Shown: positions 49,344 through 61,705, numbered from the stretch's first letter. The stretch is 64,000 nucleotides of DNA from Octopus sinensis (GCF_006345805.1 NC_043022.1:14136001-14200000); one strand, 5' to 3'. Numbers and translations: made by a program. The notes: generated by a model from the letters alone, not told the origin.

Positions 49344-50749
49344 TGTATCTTGACCATACAACCTGAAATAAAAACAAAACCCACAGACTCCAAAGCAGGT
49401 CAGTAAGAATTGATGTCGAATCTGGAACACCTAATTAGTTTTGTTTTTTTTCCCACCCATCCTGGGAACCATTCTCGTTATTATTAATCATTAACATAAT
49501 CATACAAGACTTCAGAAATTTATTCTACATGAGTCACACAAAGAAAACCTTTTAATAGCATCAATGCAGCAACTTGTTTAATTAATTAGTATTCGAAACG
49601 ATTAAATAACCAGGTGTGACATCGACATACCTGCATAGTTAAGAAACTTGCTTTACAATCAGTTAGATCTAGGCTGGGTCTGGGTTAGAGCCAGGTTTGT
49701 GTTTGGGCCGTTACGTTCTGAGTTCAAATTCTGCCGAGGTCGAGTTTGCCTTTTCGTCATTTCGGGGTCGATGAAACAAGTACCAGTTATGCACTGGGGT
49801 CGATATAATCGACTTAATCCGTTTGTCTGTCCCCTCTGTGTTTATCCCCTTGTGAGTAGTAAAGAAATAGGTATTTCGTCTGCCGTTACGTTCTGAGTTC
49901 AAATTCCGCTGAGGTCGACTTTGCCTTTCATCCTTTCGGGGTCGATAAATTAAGTACCAGTTATACACTGGGGTCGATATAATCGACTTAATCCATTTGT
50001 CTGTCCTTGTTTGTCCCCTCTGTGTTTAGCCCCTTGTGGGCAGTAAAGAAATAAACATTAGCATGGGGCGAAATGCTTAGTGATATTTTGTCTGTCTTTA
50101 TGTTCTGAGTTCAAATTCCTCTGAGGTCGACTTTGCCTTTCATCCTTTTGGGATCAGTAAATTAAATACCAGTTATGTACTGTCGCTTCGCTAGCACCTG
50201 TGCCAGTGGAACGTGTAAAAAGATTCGAGTGAGGTCATTGCCGGTACCGCCTGACTGGCCCCCGTGCTGGTGGCACGTAGAAAGCACCCCCTACACTCTT
50301 GGTGTGGTTGGTGTTAGGAAGGGCATCCAGCTGTAGAAACTCTGCCAGATCAGATTGGAGCCTGGTGCAGCCATCTGGTTTGCCAGCCCTCACTCAAAAT
50401 CGTCCAACCCATGCTAGCATGGAAAGCGGACGTTAAACGATGATGATGATGACTAGGTTTGATCTAATAGACCAGGATCCTCTCCAAAAATTTCAGGCCC
50501 TGTGCCTAGAGTAGAAACGATTATGTTGTGCTTGAGAAGAAAACCCATCAAGTCAAGCAAAACTGCAGTTGTGGCAGATACCAGTGTCACGTAAAAGGCA
50601 CCCATGCCGGTCGGTGGCACATAAAAGCACCCAATACACTCTATGTTGTGGTTGGCATTAGGAAGGGCATCCAGCCATAAAAAACCATGTCAAATCAGAC
50701 TGGAGCCTGGTGCAGCCTTCCAGCATGCCAGCCCAGTGAAACCATATTT

Positions 50750-51056
50750 TTGTTTGTTCCTTCTCAAGCCATGCCTGGCTCATTAGGGCCGGTTTCCCAG
50801 TTTCTTGGCGTATAGGTTCCTCACCTGGACAGGACACCGGTCCGTTGCAGGTGAGCTGCAAGATGCAGGAGGAAAGAGCGAGAGAAAGTTGTGGCGAAAG
50901 TGTCAGCAGAAGTTTTGCCATTACCTTCTGCCGGAGCCGTGTGGAGCTTAGGTGTTTTCGCTCATAAACGCACACATCGCCCGGTCTGAGACTCGAACCC
51001 GAGATCCCTCGACTGCGAGTCCGCTGCTCTAACCACTAGGCCATGTGCCTCCACAC
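50750..51056 (-). mobile_element. tRNA-Arg(TCG)-like SINE family C
   Basis: Head GGAGGCACATGGCCTAGTGGTTAGAGCAGCGGACTCGC...GGTTCGAGTCTC continuing into a non-tRNA body. Other copies at 24490-24785(-), 25610-25900(-), 29381-29665(+), 40720-40930(+). Confidence 0.8.
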
Positions 51057-51547
51057 AGCAAAACCATATGACCTGCGCCAGTATGGACAATGGACATTAA
51101 ATGATGATGATGATGAGGTAACATGGGACACTCATCTATGACCCGTATTACACTTACCACAGATCGATCAGTGATGACAATGACAGCTTTGCAAAACTAC
51201 GCCCCGGCAACAACCTTCTAGATTGTGTTGCGAGACTATATATATATTTGTTTGTATGGTGCGGTTGTACAATAAGAAGTTTGCTTCCAAAGCACATGGT
51301 TCCAGGTTCAGTCCCACTTCATGGCACCTTGCGCAAGTGTATTGTTCTATAGCCTCAGGCTGACCAAAGCCTTGTGAGTAGATTTGGTAGAAGGAAACTG
51401 AAAGAAGCTTGTCATATATATGTATGTGTATGTGTGTTTATATATATGTGTGTGTGCAAATTCCATTACTTCTCCAGTTGTAACTTGCCTGGAGACCTTG
51501 TGCACTCAAAAGCGAAACTTAGAGATGTCAGAGGCTGACTCACCCAA

Positions 51548-51602
51548 AATAATCATGATAATAATAATAATGATGATGATAATAATAATAATAATAATAA
51601 TA

Positions 51603-51637
<35 letters not shown>

Positions 51638-51638
51638 A

Positions 51639-51670
<32 letters not shown>

Positions 51671-51686
51671 GATGATGATGATAATA

Positions 51687-51727
<41 letters not shown>

Positions 51728-51794
51728 AATAATAATAATAATGATAATAATGATAATAATAATAATGATGATGATGATGATGATGATGATAATA

Positions 51795-51844
<50 letters not shown>

Positions 51845-51977
51845 AATAATAATGATGATGATGATAATAATAATAATGATGATGATGATGATGATGATAA
51901 TAATAATAATAATGATAATAATAATAATAATAATAATGATGATGATGATGATGATGATGTTGATAATAATAATAATG

Positions 51978-52036
<59 letters not shown>
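51548..52036. repeat. ~490-bp mixed (ATA)n/(ATG)n trinucleotide array
   Basis: Direct reading. Confidence 0.97.
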
Positions 52037-52038
<2 letters not shown>

Positions 52039-52598
52039 ACACACACATGCATACACCCACACACATAAATAAAAACAAATTACAGAGTAATTATTTTTTA
52101 AAAATTTATTTTGCAGCTTTAAAAAAAATTTATTTTTGTTTTTTTTTCAAAAAAATATACATTCATAGTTGTTTCAAAACATAAGTGCAACTCTATGCTT
52201 GGTGACAGCTAAGATTATTAAATACAGTTTTATTTACATGTGCTTATATATATATATATATATATTACCAGATATTATGTCTATGTTGCCCTCCTGGTTT
52301 TCGCTTGGAATGTGGTATCCTTCCATGTATATGGAGAGTTATGGATGGGTACTGCAGTCCCTATTGCTTCCTCTCTCTCCCTCTCTCTCTCACACACACA
52401 CACACAAACACACACATTTAGAATTATTTATATACATTGATACATTCATGGACACATGCACACACATAAATAAACACAGAATTTAAAACTGAGCTGCTAT
52501 AAGTTTAATGCTTATGATAATAGTATAGATCGGCAGGCCTGTATAGCATGCTGTGTACTATTGGGCAATTTCTCAAATTCAAGATACAACAAGGGTGT

Positions 52599-52672
<74 letters not shown>

Positions 52673-54944
52673 CATACACGCACATATACATACTGTTTGT
52701 CTTTTATATATACATGGTGGATAACCAGTGTCTGATTCAGTCATCTGATCTCAACTGAATTACCTGCTCTTGATTTAATGTGTAAGTGATTGAGTATACC
52801 ATAGACTTGTGCACCCTTAATATAATTCCCAGGTAGATTCAGCATGACACAGTATGTGTGCGACAAGGTTGTATGCTTCCGAGTTCCGGTATATTCCAGC
52901 CAATGGATTTCCATTTACCGGAATACACTCACAATGTATGGAATCACTCAGGGCCATCAAATATGATATTTGCCGATGATGCCATGCACTGGGATTTGAA
53001 CCTGGAACCTCGTGGTTGCAAAAACAAACTTCTTAAGCATTAGGCTATACAGCATCTACATTTATATACATATATCTCTATGTACACACACACACACTCA
53101 CACACACACACACACACCACACACACACATGTCTGTCTGTATGTGTATACATATATGTATATTACACAAAAGAGAAAGCATTTTTATTCTTTGAAATATT
53201 TACAAATTCATTGATTCATTATTCCAAGGGAATCCTTCAGCAACCTGAAATTGGTTTTCAAATGCTTAACTAGTGAAAAATATTAATGCTAATACCACCA
53301 AAATGTATACCCTTTACAGTGCGTATATAAACATCATATATATATGAATGTGGAATGGTATAATATTTTGCCTCTGTGAAAATTCTAAAAGTTAAAAACA
53401 CTGGGCTTCTCTCAGAATGCTGGGGGACCATCAGACACCAGTGTTTTGCCATGATTCAGTCCCCTCAGTTACAAATAATGCCCCAAATGTTCTGAGCTAA
53501 GCCAAAAATGCTTATTCTGATATGAAAATCAATAAATGAAACATTTACTGGTTTGTGCAAAGTTAAAATTCATTTCGTATATATACACTTGAAACAGCTT
53601 TTGATTAAAATACAAATATTTTAATTTAAGACTATTTTAAGCATGTATATTAATTAATGATATCAAAGATAAGAACACATTAATTATTTGTAGTTAAGGG
53701 TGGGTGGGAATAACAGGAATAAGGTATTAGAGAAGACACAAGAACAGGATCAATGAATTAATGAATCAATAATTTCTCAAAATATAGATCTGTAATCAAA
53801 AAAAATAATGAGTTCAATATACAATTTTTACACTTTTTTTTTACAATGTTTTTGTTCTGATTTTTTTTTTGTTGGTATGTCATTGTTGTTGCTTTTGATA
53901 TTTTATTGCAGTTCTTTTAATTATTTTTATTTGTGTTGTTGTTATGGTTGCCAGGGGTCACTTTAGTTCTTCATGTTACAATGGTCATTAGCATTATTGT
54001 TGTTATAGAATGGCTTATTAGTATAATGACCGTGCTTGTTGCTGCTGCTGCTGCTGTTGTTGTTGTTGTTGTTACTATGTATTGTTGATACTCTGACAAA
54101 GGTTGTTGTTGTTGTTACTATGTATTGTTGATACTCTGACAAAGGTTGTTGTTGTTGTTGCTGTTGCAGTAGATTATTTCTTTCTTTTTGTTTTTATCAC
54201 AGTTGTCATTTTGTTTTTTTTAGCCTTTGTTGTTGCTGTTGTTGTTGTTGTTGTTGTTGATTAGCCCCTGGTCAAGCCTGGTTGACCAGACCTACGTTCT
54301 TCATTTTCTAAAGTGGTAGGATGTGATTTGAAGAAATTTGACTGCTATTTCTAACATTTCCAGTGACTGTATAGTTTCCTCTTGTTTGGCTACTTTTGTC
54401 ATTATTATTGGTGTTTTTATTGTTATTATTGTTATATTGTTGATATTGTTGTTGTCTGATTATTTTTATTATCGTTAATGATAATAATAATGATTTCTTT
54501 AGTAAGTGAATTGATTGGTTTCCTCTTCATCAGTGATTTGTTAATATTTATGGTGCAATGATGACAGTCAGTTGGCCAAAACACGGTTCTGCCCTCTTAT
54601 TTTTTTTAGTTTAGTTTAAATCTCACCAAAGTTAACTTTGCTTTTGTTTCTCCATAAAAATAAAGACAGAGTGAGTACCAGTTATACATGGGGGGCTCAA
54701 TTCAACCAGTTACACATGTCTTCTTCTTCAAATATTGATCTTGAATTGTATCTTGTCAGTACTTTCGTCGAAATGAAGAAGGCTGAAAGGTATGAGCTAG
54801 TGGAGCACCGATGTGAAATGCTGGATTTTTCATTGACATACAAAGCTCTAATGAGTTTGGTGCTAAATGCTAATTAGGGATAATTGCATGTTATGAATAG
54901 CCGAAATATTTTCAAGATGTTAGCTTCTGAATTATAACACCATG

Positions 54945-55740
54945 TCATGTGATTTTGCATCAATATCATGTGACAGGAATGTTATGTTATGTAATGCTGG
55001 GTCTATGTAATACCATGTCAATGTCATGTCAAAATTATGTCATGTAACATTATGTCAATACTACATCATGTAATGTTGACAGCATGTCATGCCGTTACTA
55101 TTGATGTCAATGCTTATTGATATCATGTAATGTAATGTTATGCCGATACCATGTGATATAATTTCATGTCAATTCCACATAGTGCATTGACATAACCATC
55201 ACATGATGTCAATACCATGTCATTTGAAACATGTCAACATAATTTCATTGAAAATTTTATGTCAACATCATGTTGTCATTTAACTCTTTAATATCTAATC
55301 TGGCTATTTTTGGACAAGATATCCTGTCTGTTTTATATTTAAACCAGCTAGATCTTGTTTCTCAAACCTAACCTAAAATGTCATTCTAAAAATAAACAAT
55401 TACATCATCAAAATCTCAAAGCTATGAGATGATGCATGATTAATTCAAAATAATGTGAATAAACACCACATTTGACAGTAATAATCTGAATGCTAAATGG
55501 TTAACATGTAATGTTTTTGTCAATATGATATCATGTCAAAATCCCGTCGTGTTGTAGTTTGTCATTTTCATGTCAAGTGCAACAATAAACGTAGTTCTTT
55601 GTCAATACACTGTCACGTAATAATTATGTCAATTATCATGAAATGTCACATTACCATCACATGATGCCACAACATGTATGACACTCTGTCAACACCCATG
55701 TCTAGTACAATGAATACTAACATGACTAACAACAGCATGT
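54945..55740. repeat. Degenerate ATGTC/ATGTA/ATGTT 5-mer satellite
   Basis: Dense recurrence of CATGT/TGTCA motifs, interrupted by the MITE at 55280-55504. Confidence 0.7.
55280..55504. mobile_element. piggyBac-type MITE (second family) inside a degenerate ATGTC satellite
   Basis: TTAA-CTCTTTAATAT ... ATGCTAAATGG-TTAA. Confidence 0.55.
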
Positions 55741-55763
55741 CATATGGGAAACTACAACTGTGT

Positions 55764-56021
55764 ACTTTCGACATAACACTCCATCGGTCCTTCCTCGCAT
55801 TGTTGAGACTCCTCTGAAGCTTGGCTGCAGTAACTTTTGGTTGACGAAGTCAGCTGTTTGTGATCTTCTTTCAGTGTCGGGTATAGTTTCTGACTTTCGA
55901 CATAACACTCTGTCGGTCCTTCCTCGCATTGTTGAAACTCCTCTGAAGCTTGGCTGCAGTAACTTTTGGTTGACGAAGTCAGCTGTTTGTGATCTTCTTT
56001 CCGTGTCGGGTATAGTTTCTG
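55764..56021. repeat. 129-bp x2 tandem duplication, open in three frames
   Basis: Units 55764-55892 and 55893-56021 differ at 4 positions. Confidence 0.95.
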
Positions 56022-57856
56022 ACGGCCACTGGGAAGTGTTGTGTTCTGTTAAATTAAATTACAATTTTCAGTTGGAACAGATGTGGAAGACTTACATTAT
56101 TGGAGGGTTTTTGTTTTCAAGGGGCAGGGACGAAGGAAATGATTTTTTTTTTGTTTCTTTTTAAAATCAACCTTGCATCACATTTCTTTCTGTTTAGATT
56201 TAATCAGACTCAGACTCGACAACAGACTCTTCCAACTTCAAATTTTTCCGGGGTTGACTCCTTTGACTCTGTCTTTGTCCTTTACTTTTTTTAATTTTTG
56301 ATAAAAAAAGAAAATGAACAATCACTCGTAGTTTGTTATTAACAACAAACTTAATTACCATTCTTCAATTATTAAGCGCGCATTTAATGTGTTATTGAAA
56401 TAACGTATGTGCTGTCTTCTTTGTTATCAACAACAACAATAACAACAACAATCCTATTTTTCTGTTTATTTATAACAACCAGAACCATTCTTCCATTTTT
56501 ATCTTGTATGTTAACATTATTCATGCATTAAAGGTTCAAATCATCCACAGGAAATTCAATGCCTTTCTGGGACAACATTTATTTTACATTTCTTCAGTTC
56601 ATCCAACTCATGGGAACAATAACCATTTCATCAGAAGATTTCACTTCCAATAGTCTTTTGCTGCCTTCAGTTTTGAACCTAAGTACCACCAGCTCTTAGA
56701 AGTCCTTCAGTTCTTAATAAACTTGACATAATCACCTGCCACATTTGATAGCACAGGTATATTAGACGTACCCTGATTTCAACAGAGCATTTTGAAAAGA
56801 ACATTTTTTTTAATTCATAAAAGCAGGTGATATAGTCCCTACTTTGATAATAGGACCCAGGATGGATGATTGTTTGAGACACTTTTCCAGAAAATAAAGT
56901 ATGTTTTATATACTATTAAACGCGGTAATTAGTTAACAGCATTCGTTAGCAGCATGTGTCCATGTTTTTCATTGGTTTATGCTTAATTGTAATAATTTAG
57001 TGATATGTATAGTTTTACTAGTAAACATGTTATTTTTGTTGTTTGTTCCTTGTATGTAGGATATTGTTGTTTCGGTTGAGGAAACACAAAATCTTTAGTG
57101 TCCCATGATGGGTGCATTGATGCGGTGCCATTACAAAGGACTGAACCTTGTGTTTCTCAGTTCAGTGATTTGCAGTGAAGTTTGGAAGAAAGGTGCTCTG
57201 CCAGATTAGCAACAATTAATTGCTGCAACAATTTTTGATGTTGACATTGTTCTTCATGATTGGCTCAAACGATGTCTTCATGTTCTGAGAAAGCAACAAC
57301 ACCATACTTATTTTCTTCTTTGTGGTCAACACTTAGAGGCCCACTTTGTCCTGTTAGCAACACGTTTCCTCTTTTTACCTTTTTGTAATCAGCTATGAAC
57401 CATGGACACGGTTAGTAACAACAAGAACCTATTTTCTGTTATGCTATCAACAGTCAAAGGTCTCAAAACTTTCTTCGCCATTATGACCAAAACCAGTTTA
57501 ATTATCATTAATTAGCAACCAATACGAAACTGGTCAATTATCAATATATTTCTTTTCATAAGTCTTTCTTTCATTCCAGTTCATTAGAAAGCATTATGGT
57601 TTGTTTATTTTTTGTGAAGATCTGGAGGTAGAGATATCGGCAGTGCTAGGATTCATGGTGTTGAAGTTATTTTTAATTTCCCATGAAAATAGTTTTGATG
57701 ATGGAACAAGAGAAGACCTCTCTCACCAAAAACCTCTCAGAGTTAGTATTTCTTTTGACTGTGTATTGTATTGTGTTTTATTTTCAGTGTTGTATGCCTG
57801 TACATACATATATACATTTGTTGCTTCAACTTGATGCTCCAATGGAATTGCGGGTA

Positions 57857-58969
57857 CTAATAAGTGTCTACAAAGCTGGGCTCATATTGGTAATAAAGCT
57901 CTGAGTTTAGTTTTGGACGAAAATCATTTGACGGGGCATACGTCCGGTAGGTCGGGTTCGGATAAACACGTTCGATTGGTTTGAGAACATGAGTTTTCAA
58001 GTTTGACCTTCGAACGATGTCACTGCGCGCCGTTGGTGTCCAGTCTTGCTGGTAGCTTGGTTTCTGGTAAAAGAAATGGCGTCGCACTGGAATCTCCATG
58101 GTTCCAGAGTAAGATTGCTCTGAAGGTGTCGGCGTCGATGCCACAGCAAGTGCCGTTGTTGGTTCGCTGAACCGAACTTGTCGCCCGGGTGACAAAACTT
58201 TCTCGGAGTCTCTCTTCATGTTAGACTTCTTTCTTGCTCTATTGGTCGAATCCGGTATCGAAACCACCGTGACACCAGGGATCATAGGACCCCTCAATTT
58301 AGAACCCAACTGATTTGTGTAAAACACGTCATCGTTTTCATCCAAAAATTCAATTTCGGCCTGGAACTCACCTTCTGTGTCTTCATTATCAATTATGCTA
58401 CACTTTAGCTCTTTGCTTATTTGTCTTTTGGCGCTGATTGCATGAAACGATTCCATGCTGCTGTTTGACGACACTCGGGGAAGGTTCACTGCTCCATTGC
58501 TGATGAGGGCATCGGTTATTTTGTTGGCTTGGCTGCTCTTTCGTTTGCTTATTTGAGTATAGATGGAGTCTTTAGACATCTGACTATCACTATTGTCATC
58601 GCTGTTGGTGCTGCTGCTGCTGCTGTTGTTGCTATTTTCACTGCTGACGCCGCTACTGCTGCTGCTGGCACCATTGCTGTTGCCTTTCTTAGATTTACTC
58701 CCATCGCTTTCAGAATTCTTAGATTTCCGAGTCTTTTTCTTCATTTCCTCATTAAGCTGTTGGATTTTCTTATTGGCATCCAAGAATTCTTTGCGGCTGA
58801 TGGTAGCAGCATGTTTCTGAAGGAGGTACCTTAAATTGGACACGTTGCGCATCAGAATCTTGATGTCTTGTTTATTGTTTCTTGACAGGTTGTCTTTGAG
58901 ACTAAGGCCAGATAAAACCAAGTTATTTTCCGGTTTGGAATCGCTGTCCGTTTCTTTCTCACACAATTC
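57857..58969 (-). CDS. Main coding exon of an uncharacterised, largely disordered Ser/Asn/Lys-rich protein (~370-384 aa) with an N-terminal coiled-coil-like segment and an RVxF motif
   Basis: 1113-nt stop-free, non-repetitive frame ending TAG at 57857. The listed start (58966) is TTG, and the frame opens right after TAACAG|, which looks like a splice acceptor. First in-frame ATG is at 58852. AATAAA at 57777-57782 (minus), ~75 nt after the stop. Confidence 0.8.
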   Translation of the reverse strand, partial: ELCEKETDSDSKPENNLVLSGLSLKDNLSRNNKQDIKILMRNVSNLRYLLQKHAATISRKEFLDANKKIQQLNEEMKKKTRKSKNSESDGSKSKKGNSNGASSSSSGVSSENSNNSSSSSTNSDDNSDSQMSKDSIYTQISKRKSSQANKITDALISNGAVNLPRVSSNSSMESFHAISAKRQISKELKCSIIDNEDTEGEFQAEIEFLDENDDVFYTNQLGSKLRGPMIPGVTVVSIPDSTNRARKKSNMKRDSEKVLSPGRQVRFSEPTTALAVASTPTPSEQSYSGTMEIPVRRHFFYQKPSYQQDWTPTARSDIVRRSNLKTHVLKPIERVYPNPTYRTYAPSNDFRPKLNSELYYQYEPSFVDTY

Positions 58970-59035
58970 CTGTTATTGTTTTTGCAGATTTGTTTTATTT
59001 ATTTATTTTTTTTTTTTTATTGTTGTTATTTTTAC

Positions 59036-59077
59036 CATGGAGTGAAATTTTTTGGAATTACATGAAAATAGTTCCAT
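59036..59077 (-). CDS. Putative first coding exon (MELFSCNSKKFHSM) of the orphan gene
   Basis: ATG at 59077 in strong context (atcATGG), open for 14 codons, then ATG|GTAAAA donor. A 66-nt GT..AG intron (58970-59035) joins it in phase 0 to GAA TTG TGT of the main exon. The intron lacks a polypyrimidine tract. Confidence 0.45.
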
Positions 59078-59234
59078 GATGCAATATGAAATAGAACAGA
59101 AATGAAAAGGAAAAATATTAGATTTCAAATAATTGAAGAATATTCTGGTAAATGCTCATAAAATGCTACAAAACTTGGGAAATACTAAATCAAATACAAC
59201 AGCACATTTTTGAAAACACATTCTAAATAATACT

Positions 59235-59399
59235 GTATTTTTATAATAAAGATTGTTTGCCAACATGACATGGCTGTCTTGGTTTAGGACGAATGTTGCT
59301 GTTATTTAACCCTAGGAGACATCGTCTAAATTACAGCAACATTTGTCCTAAACCAGGACTGCCATGTTATGTTGGCAAACAATCTTTACTACAAAATAC
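59235..59399. repeat. ~70-bp-arm hairpin (18-nt loop) upstream of the orphan gene
   Basis: In the inner 61 pairs: 3 GU and 2 UU as plus-strand RNA; loop at 59309-59326. Confidence 0.85.
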
Positions 59400-59968
59400 T
59401 GTTGCTGAATATCTCATATTGCGAGATTTAAAAATCGTAATTTACTGTATTTTTAGATATGTATAAAACAACTGTCTTGCATCTGTGGCCATACTACAGC
59501 AGAGGCAAGTCTAAGCATAATTGGCCAGGGATAAGGATAAGTCTGTGTGGTACAATAATTGCTATTAACAATAAAGTATTGTAAACAAGCCAATATATGG
59601 GTCGTCGTTGACTTATGACTTATCTGATTTATGACAGATCGACTTTATGATAATTGGCATGCCAGCTCCCGGCAGCAATAATAAATAGTCCAATTGAAAC
59701 CTAATGGGTTTAATTTCTTGGAAATTAACATGTCTACAGGTGATGTCAGCTATCACACGCGTACCCTAGGTTTGGTTATCGATCACCAAGTGTTGGATGA
59801 ATATCCTGTCATGGAAACATCGAGGCAACCTCGTATTTGCTTGAGACCCCGAAATCTTTTAGTAACGCCAGTAGAATAGTATAATACAGAATACTGTGCG
59901 TGACGTTTACCTGAGAATGTACCTTAAGGATGTAAAAATATAAAACAAAGCTATATAGACCTATAGGC

Positions 59969-60177
59969 CGACTTATGACCAAATCGACTTATGACCAAAT
60001 CGACTTATGACCAAATCGACTTATGACCAAATCGACTTATGACCAAATCGACTTATGACCAAATTGACTTATGACCAAATCGACTTATGACCAAATTGAC
60101 TTATGACCAAATTGACTTATGACCAAATTGACTTATGACCAAATTAACTTATGACAAAATTGACTTACAACCAGATC
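59969..60177. repeat. 16-bp minisatellite (CGACTTATGACCAAAT) x~13
   Basis: Direct reading of the sequence; related motifs at 59600-59655. Confidence 0.95.
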
Positions 60178-61098
60178 GTTCAATTATGATCTAAGCCTTC
60201 TTACCACTGGGCCACATACATTTAATAGCTGTAAAACAGTGCAAAACATAGATTTTGTTTTTAAAGGATTATATAAACATAGCGTTAAAAGCACCATCTG
60301 AGCGTGATCGCTGCCGGGCCCACTGGCTGGCTCCTGTGCTGGTGGCACATAAAAAGCACCATTCAAGTGTGATTGTAACCAGTGTCGCCTTACTGGCACT
60401 TGTGCCGGTGGCACGTGAAAAACAACATTTGAGCAAGGTCGTTGCCAGTGCCGCTGGACTGGATCCTCGTGCAGATGGCACACAAAAAGCACCATTTGAG
60501 CGTGGCCGTCGCCAGTACCGCCTGACTGGCTCTCATGCCAGTGGCACGTAAAAGCACCCACTTCAATCTCGGAGTGGTTGGCGTTAGGAAGGGCATCCAG
60601 CTGTAGAAACTCTGCCAGATTAAGATTGGAACCTGGTGCAGCCATCTGGTTTGCCGGTCCTCAGTGAAACCATCCAACCCATGCCAGCATGGAAAACAGA
60701 CATTAAAAACGAAGACGATAATGATGAGAATAAGGGCAAACATTTCTCATGTCCCTTTTAAAAGGATTCTGAGACTTGCGAAAGAAAGGAGAAAATCATG
60801 TTATCGTTAGGTTGGAGAAGATCTTGCTCTGAATGCATACAACGAAGCGGGTTTCACTAAGGGTACCCAAGAAAGGGGTTCAGCTGGATATCTGTGTGGA
60901 ATAAGGTGAGAAATAAAAGAAATGAAATAATGAAATAGGCGCAGGAGTGGCTGTGTGGTAAGTAGCTTGTTTACCAACCACATGGTTCCGGGTTCAGTCC
61001 CACTGTGTGGCACCTTGGGCAAGTGTCCTCTACTATAGCCTCGGGCCGACCAAAGCCTTGTGAGTGGATTTGGCAGACGGAAACTGAAAGAAGCCCGT

Positions 61099-61130
<32 letters not shown>

Positions 61131-61657
61131 CATGTATGTTTGTGCATCTGCGTTTGTCCCCCTAGCATTGCTTGACAACCGATGCTGGTGTGTTTACGTC
61201 CCCGTCACTTAGTGATTCAGCAAAAGAGACCGATAGAATAAGTACTGGGCTTACAAAGAATAAGTCCCGGGGTCGAGTTGCTCGATAAAGGTGGTGCACC
61301 AGCATGGCCGCAGTCAAATGACTGAAACAAGTAAAAAGAAAGAAAAAAGAAAAGAAAAAGAGGTGTCCTTACATGGTCGGTGGTGTAACCCGATTCAGTG
61401 TTGCTGCCAACGCCATCGCTCAAGTCGTTGTTCCCCTCACTGGAGTCTGAGTTCGTGGAATTATTGGATGTTTGGCTGGCACCCAAAGAAGCAAGCTGAG
61501 CATTTCTTAAGGACTGGACAAGTCTTTTCTTGCTGTAAAAAAAAAGCACATACACAATATATATATTCTAGATATATATATACATCATACAAATACAGCT
61601 ACATAGACATGTATATATACGGTATATATAATATATAACTTACATGCATATATGTAC

Positions 61658-61705
<48 letters not shown>

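Noticed and set aside
50980-51056. tRNA-Arg(TCG) gene (also 29381, 40720, 24720-24785)
   Set aside because: Acceptor stem is not closed, and each head runs into the same non-tRNA body, so these are SINE heads.
51420-52184. Poly-Ile/Met ORFs and the many YI/HT/CV-repeat ORFs across the window
   Set aside because: Translations of ATA/ATG, TA, CA and TG microsatellites.
54512-54536. CTGATGA-AGAG-GAAAC on the minus strand as a hammerhead
   Set aside because: No stem II, no GUH triplet and no stem I.
56601-56636. CTGATGA-A-ATGG...CCAT on the minus strand as a hammerhead
   Set aside because: Stem is followed by GAGTT, not GAAA; the core is incomplete.
59969-60177. 16-bp array as CRISPR repeats or plasmid iterons
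   Set aside because: Contiguous units without spacers in a clearly eukaryotic context.
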